A stretch of DNA of 57,465 nt, filler included, from Sphacelaria rigidula (taxonomy: Eukaryota), in assembly GCA_964200075.2 (NCBI GenBank). It is 8 parts of 8 records of this genome, joined end to end, with 100 filler letters (N's around TTAATTAATTAA, not from the genome) between each part and the next. Parts side by side here need not be neighbours in the genome. Positions count along the whole stretch, not along the records: positions 50,371 to 57,465 come from CAXNAA020016510.1; 7 more parts are not named here. The stretch is one strand, 5' to 3'. The position numbers were made by a program, and so were the translations under genes. Positions 52,440 to 57,465 of the stretch are shown one piece after another. Numbering within the stretch: the stretch's first letter is position 1; every line of letters begins with the position of its first letter. Under the pieces are notes generated by a model. The model made no database searches. It saw only the letters and a program-made list of their open reading frames with translations, and was not told where the DNA came from.

Positions 52440-54085
52440 TGCCTTGGCCTCTCGAGGGCCGCGCATCCCTCCGGAGGAATTTCGCTACCCCCGAATTGTT
52501 CCGGACGGGTGTGCGGCCCCACAAGGCGGTAGTGTTTGGTTTTCTCCAGGGGGATTTAAGACCTCCGGAGGTTTTTTTGCCTCCGGAGGGCCGCGCATCC
52601 CTGCGGAGGCATTTTGGGGGATAGCCCAATGGCCTCGTGTGCCCTGAGGGCATTTTTCTTGTCGTGCACCCCTGCATCGATCATGGTCAACACCGTTTTC
52701 GTGAGATTGAGAGTAGAGCGATGATTGAGAGTGGCTTTGATTATTCGCGTTCACGTAGCCAATTTTTCATTCCGTGTGTGCTCTTCTTTGCCTCCATCAC
52801 TGGCGTGTGCTGTCAGCTTCACGTCGATATCCCACTTGAGGATATCAAGGGTCTCAGTGGCAAGCGACTGCAGAAAGCATGTGGGGCCTCGTGGAGGGGT
52901 ATTTCGGAACTGCAACGATTCATCTACTAATTAACCGCTTTTCACTCTGAACTGTACGCTCTACTCTCAATCTCACGAAAACATTGTTGATCATCCCTTC
53001 GGAGGCATTTTGGGGAGTAGCGAAATGGCACGTGTGCCCCGAGGAGTCCGCAAAATTCAGAGGGTGCATGGGTGTGCGGCATTTTTCTTTTCGGCTGTCT
53101 CGCGAACAGGCCCACACCCCCTGTCAAAACGACCACCCCGCCGCCTCCTGGAAACCTAGAATGTCTCTGGACTGTCAACCTGAGAAACTGTTCCGAGAAG
53201 TATAAGAGATAAAGTTCCAGATGTCACAGCGTTTATATTAAAAACCAAGTCGGGAGAACTTCACCCCACGAAGCGGTCATCTCTACTGTAACAAAATGCC
53301 ACAAAATTGACTCTCTACCCTAACGTTCTATTATTATTGCTCTCTGTCCATCGACGCAAATTGGTCGCCGGGAAAATTGTGCTTTGCAAGACTTCATTCA
53401 GAAAGGATCGCGTTCTGCACAAGCTAGAAGGGCAGCCCCCAATAACCCTTGGGTATCGACCCCCCGCAGGTGGACTGAGATGAACTAATTCACATTTGGG
53501 TTCACCACAGCTTTCTTCTCGCTCTAGAAAACCTCCGTTTCGTGAAGATGTGGATGTTTGGCATCTATCACAAAATATAGTCACGGAGAACCCCTGACCG
53601 GTTTTGACCCCGCAGTCAATTGCGTGCAGAGTCAGCATGTATGTGTGCTCGATACCATATATGGTTGAATTCTCAAGACAGCCATGACGAAAGGAATACG
53701 CAGCTAAGTAGGCCATCTGTAGTCCACCTGTGGGGGAACAAAGTGATCAGATTGATAGCCGATCAGAATGGCTGCTCCGCTCCTCGCGGACTTCATTCTT
53801 GACGGGTAATTTTCCTTGAGAAACGTCCATACAGGCTTGGTTGACATGGTGAGTCTTCCGGCTGTCCCGCAAACAGGCCCACGCCGCCTGTCCAAACGAC
53901 CACCCCGCCCCCTGCTCACCTCGGATATCCCTGGACTGTCAGCCTGTAAAACTGTTCTGAGTCGACTCTCCCTCTGTGAGGGACAAAGTTCCACATGTCA
54001 GCGTTTATACTAAAACTAAGTCGGGAGAACTTCACCCCACCAAGTGGTCACCTCTACTGTAACGAAGAGCCACAAAATTGACTTG
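52440..54085. repeat. Composite repeat region with about 225-bp direct repeats (53092-53312 and 53859-54082), an inverted pair (about 52689-52720 vs 52957-52988) and repeated atccct..cggaggcattttgggg units
   Basis: Alignment by eye, e.g. aagtcgggagaacttcaccccac and gccacaaaattgact in both direct repeats; gttttcgtgagattgagagtagagcg and its reverse complement. Confidence 0.8.
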
Positions 54086-55235
54086 CATGAAGCAACGGTA
54101 AGTATCTCCGTGTAGAAAAGGTAGTCGGAGACAGGTCTGGAAATCTCATCGGGCGTGACTGAAACACATGAAAAAACCACGGTCAGCATCAAAAGCCAAC
54201 CCTATCAAACATTACAGAATTCCAGGGCACAAGCGCAGCACGCCTGACGCTAGCTATCGCTTTTCTCTACACAGTGCGCTCTGTCACGGTAATCTGTGTG
54301 GTGTCAGATGGGGGACGGCTGTGCTTGTGCAACAAAACTTGCTGAAAATGGATTTTGTTGATGGATTTACGTGGGAGATTTTTTGTTCCCGAGGTGATGA
54401 AACACGGAAACAAACAACCGGTGTTTGCTCAACGCTATTCCTGACGGCAAAGAAAATCGCTCACCTTGGGACGGTGCAGGGCAAGCTGAGAGGAGTCTGT
54501 GCGGTGCAAACTATTGGTGAGCTGTTTTGTACTGGATTACCGGTCTGTCTTGTCAGCGATTAGGGTTGGAAGAAATGTTGGTACTCGCGCGTCATGAAAA
54601 ATTGGATTGGGCAGGCATTCACGAATTTGAATCTGTCGGGAGCTGTGAAATTAGGCATAGCTTGACAACCCCCGCCATACAATTCCGTGTGCCACCACCT
54701 TGGCAATGGAAGCTTGCAACAATCCGTTTGTGTTGTAGGAAGGTGGACTACGCTGTGATAATCACGGGCAGAGAAGTGATTTGCGCCGTGGTACGACAGT
54801 GCATGTGAGTGTTCTTCAATTCGTCGAAACACGTCGTGCACGCAGAAGTGATCGTTTACGGTATGGATATAGGACCTGTGGTTGAAACTGCAGCTTTGAA
54901 TCTTTCGATAGCAAAAGAATATAAAGAGTTTGCATTTCTGTCCTCTTGTAGTGGGGTCCAACTGCAAACTGTTCAGCTACCCAACCAATAATATACGCTA
55001 TAATACTGTGCTGCCTGTACGGTGTGTTCCGACCTGGAGGCACCCTCAAAGCGCTACGCTGATACATGGGTCTTGCTAGGAAAACCTGGGTTGATGACAG
55101 TACATTTACAGAGCGGACATTCCCCATAGTGAATCGTGCGACGATTCAACATAGCTATCGGAAACGATTAAACATAGCCATCAGAGATTCACCATAAAAC
55201 CACGAAGTCCGCAGAATACTGTTGCTGTTTGTGGT

Positions 55236-55365
55236 CTCTTCTGTTTTGTCGAGACCGTTGAACTGCTCTGCCTTTTTTGTGACTCTTGCCGAGCCGTTTA
55301 CTCTTCTGTTTTGTCGAGTCCGTTGAAATGCTCCGCCTTTTTCGTGACTCTCGCCGAGCCGTTCA
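55236..55365 (+). repeat. 65-bp tandem duplication
   Basis: ctcttctgttttgtcgag(a/t)ccgttgaa...gtgactct(t/c)gccgagccgtt twice, period 65. Confidence 0.85.
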
Positions 55366-55884
55366 CTTTGTTGTGGTAATGGAAGGTTGGTTTTGATGTA
55401 AATTGCTGTTCCGAGAATGATCACACGACTTACTTGATTCCAGTATCAAGCGGGGGATCATTATTCAGCCTAATAAGACATTGGACAATAATAATAATAA
55501 TCATCATCATCATAACCATAATCATTATCACAATAATAGCGTTTGCGCAAAAACAAAATCACGTACGTCATTCATTTTTCAACTTCTTCTGTCAAGCTAC
55601 TGATCAGCTCACCGTCCCAGGCAGCAATATAATGATGCTCACAACACACGGCAGTAAATAGCCTTGGTTTGAGAACTTGAGGCCTTACGATCCGTTGGAA
55701 TCAAAAGCTTAATTCCTAGTGTTACAAGGCGATGATCAGTATATGGGAGTCCCGGACGAAAAACAGAAAACTGTGACGCATGGACATATACGTTGGATAC
55801 AAACTATGTTTTCGCACGTCAAGACAATCACCCCCCCTTCAGTAGTTGTGTGTAACTAAGATAAGGCAAGCCCTGTACAATCCG

Positions 55885-56880
55885 AATGGAAGTGGGGAGA
55901 AGATGAATTACCCATCGTAGATGATTAGCATACATACCTTGGCGTGGGGATATACAAAAAACGTTCTTGGAACGAACACATTGACGACGTACAGGAAAGG
56001 GTAAGACGCGGAATAGGCAAGATGGACGTTATCCCAAGAGACTCGCCCCTCGATACAAACATAAACAGGTGTATACTGATGAATGTGATTAAACAAAGCT
56101 GTAGTCTGCAGGAAGAATATGGGAATAGAACACCAAGTTCGTCAAGCAGCTGGAAAACAGTACAGATAGCAGCAGCTAAGAATACACTCGGATGCTCAGA
56201 AACGACGAGTAACAATACAGTATTAACCTTTTTTGGAACCTTTTTACGATCTCTTGTTTTTTGTGAATCGGCATCGTTGCCAGTCATTTTGAGTCAAAAT
56301 GATGCCGATTCACGGAAACAAAAAACCGTCAATCAGTTCCAAAAAGGGTTAAGAGCAGAGTTGGGAATGCACCTACTTCAAACACTTCGAACGAATAGAC
56401 ATGAGAAAATTGAAGCGGCAGCATAATGTAAGTAATTATGTCAAGAAGGACATCACCAGGCATAGTTGATAGGGTTGCACGGAAGAAAGTAACGGAAGGG
56501 TATAAACTGGAGTAAGGTGGAATATGCGTGGTCGATAAAGTATGGAAGACAAGAGAAAACCAAGAAGGCATATTGTCCATAGGTGGGTGTGGGGAATACA
56601 AGACAAAACTCGAAGAAAGGAAGGGAGCAGGGGGAGAGACAAGCGCCAGGACAGAGAAAACTGGGCGAGGAAGAGCGCCTGAACATGTACAGGGGGTTGG
56701 AAGAGGGCATGGAGATGAAAAGACATTTACACGGCCAGATGGAATACGCGATAACGCTAAAACAGCGATTTCGGGTCGAGGGGCGTGAACGTGCCACAAA
56801 CAAGAAATAGGCGTACCAGTAGTCGGGTGAGGGAGAAGTAGATGCATAGAATTTCCCCTGTGGCAAGGAAACAGAGAAAT
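55885..56880 (+). mobile_element. Degenerate LINE ORF2 C-terminal part (probably the same family type as 29350-30400)
   Basis: WKWGEDELPIVD, YLGV, GKMDVIPRDSPLDTNINRCILMNVI, VQIAAAKNTLGCSETTS-NTVLRAELGM, VDKVWK..NQEGILSI, MKRHLHGQMEYAITLKQRFRV, FPCGK. Confidence 0.85.
56227..56348. mobile_element. piggyBac-type MITE (122 bp) with TTAA TSD, inserted in the LINE
   Basis: TTAA-ccttttttggaac...gttccaaaaaggg-TTAA (TIR 12/13). Removing the element and one TTAA restores aatacagtattaagagcagagttggga = NTVLRAELG. Confidence 0.92.
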
Positions 56881-57465
56881 ACATTTGCCCCCTGGGGGAT
56901 TGCTTGCGAGCCTGGTCTGCCGAAAATCCGGCGTGCTCCGTCCCGGCTCTGTAAGGCTGCGAGGTCAATGGTCATATGACTATGGTATGCAAGATCATGA
57001 GTACGCCCTTCGCCCACCCCGCCCAACACCTGCTGCCCTTGCTTCACGTCACCGCGCGCTCATCCTCCACCCTGCCCCCTCTACCCACCCCCTCTACCCA
57101 CCACAATGGTCAAATGACTAAGGCAAGCAACAAATGAGTACGCCCCCCTCTACCCACCAAACTCACGTGGCCGCCGAAAGCATTAAAGCCGGGGTGTATG
57201 GCGGCGGCTGATGGGTCGGGCTTCAGCCCGCCCGGCAAAACGGACGCTGCTCCCGTACCCCATCCTCCCCCATGCGCTGCCGCCGGTGCATTTGCACGAA
57301 CGGGGGTTCCAGCTCCCGCCGGTTCCCCAGCAGCCTGATTGATTCGGTTCCCGGGGTGATCGTGGGGGGGGGGGGGGGGGGGGGGAAAAAAAACAACAAG
57401 GGGAAAAAAAATAAAAAAGATAAATAGGGAAGGAGGACCCTCGGGGGGCGCCGGCAGCCCCGGGG

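Noticed and set aside
57360..57465. Poly-G/poly-A terminal sequence as a telomere or retro-tail
   Set aside because: Typical low-quality contig end after a poly-G tract; no telomeric repeat unit.

Overview
This window is not one continuous locus. It is eight size-sorted contigs of about 7.1 kb (1-7097, 7198-14293, 14394-21489, 21590-28685, 28786-35880, 35981-43075, 43176-50270, 50371-57465), joined by identical 100-nt artificial linkers (N44-TTAATTAATTAA-N44). The DNA is eukaryotic, repeat-rich nuclear sequence with GT-AG introns, microsatellites and poly-G/C tracts. From the style of its LINE, Gypsy and hAT proteins and an NLR-like exon I infer a brown alga (Phaeophyceae, Ectocarpus-like); this is recall-based, not verified. 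Most short six-frame ORFs are noise. Supportable host genes: a four-exon minus-strand gene (about 909 aa) with a C-terminal R3H-type motif, an intact 190-codon exon resembling the helical (MLKL/RPW8-like) N-terminus of brown-algal NB-ARC-TPR proteins, and a possible terminal exon. Supportable mobile DNA: a spliced but decayed hAT transposase gene, a Ty3/Gypsy integrase fragment, three LINE ORF2 remnants, a tRNA-derived SINE family with (CA)n tails (one copy with a 10-bp TSD), and several MITEs with TA or TTAA target duplications, some confirmed by empty-site evidence in the window. I found no CRISPR array, rRNA or intact tRNA, and no convincing multi-gene novel system. The best leads are the MLKL-like exon, the SINE family and the 287-bp near-perfect hairpin.
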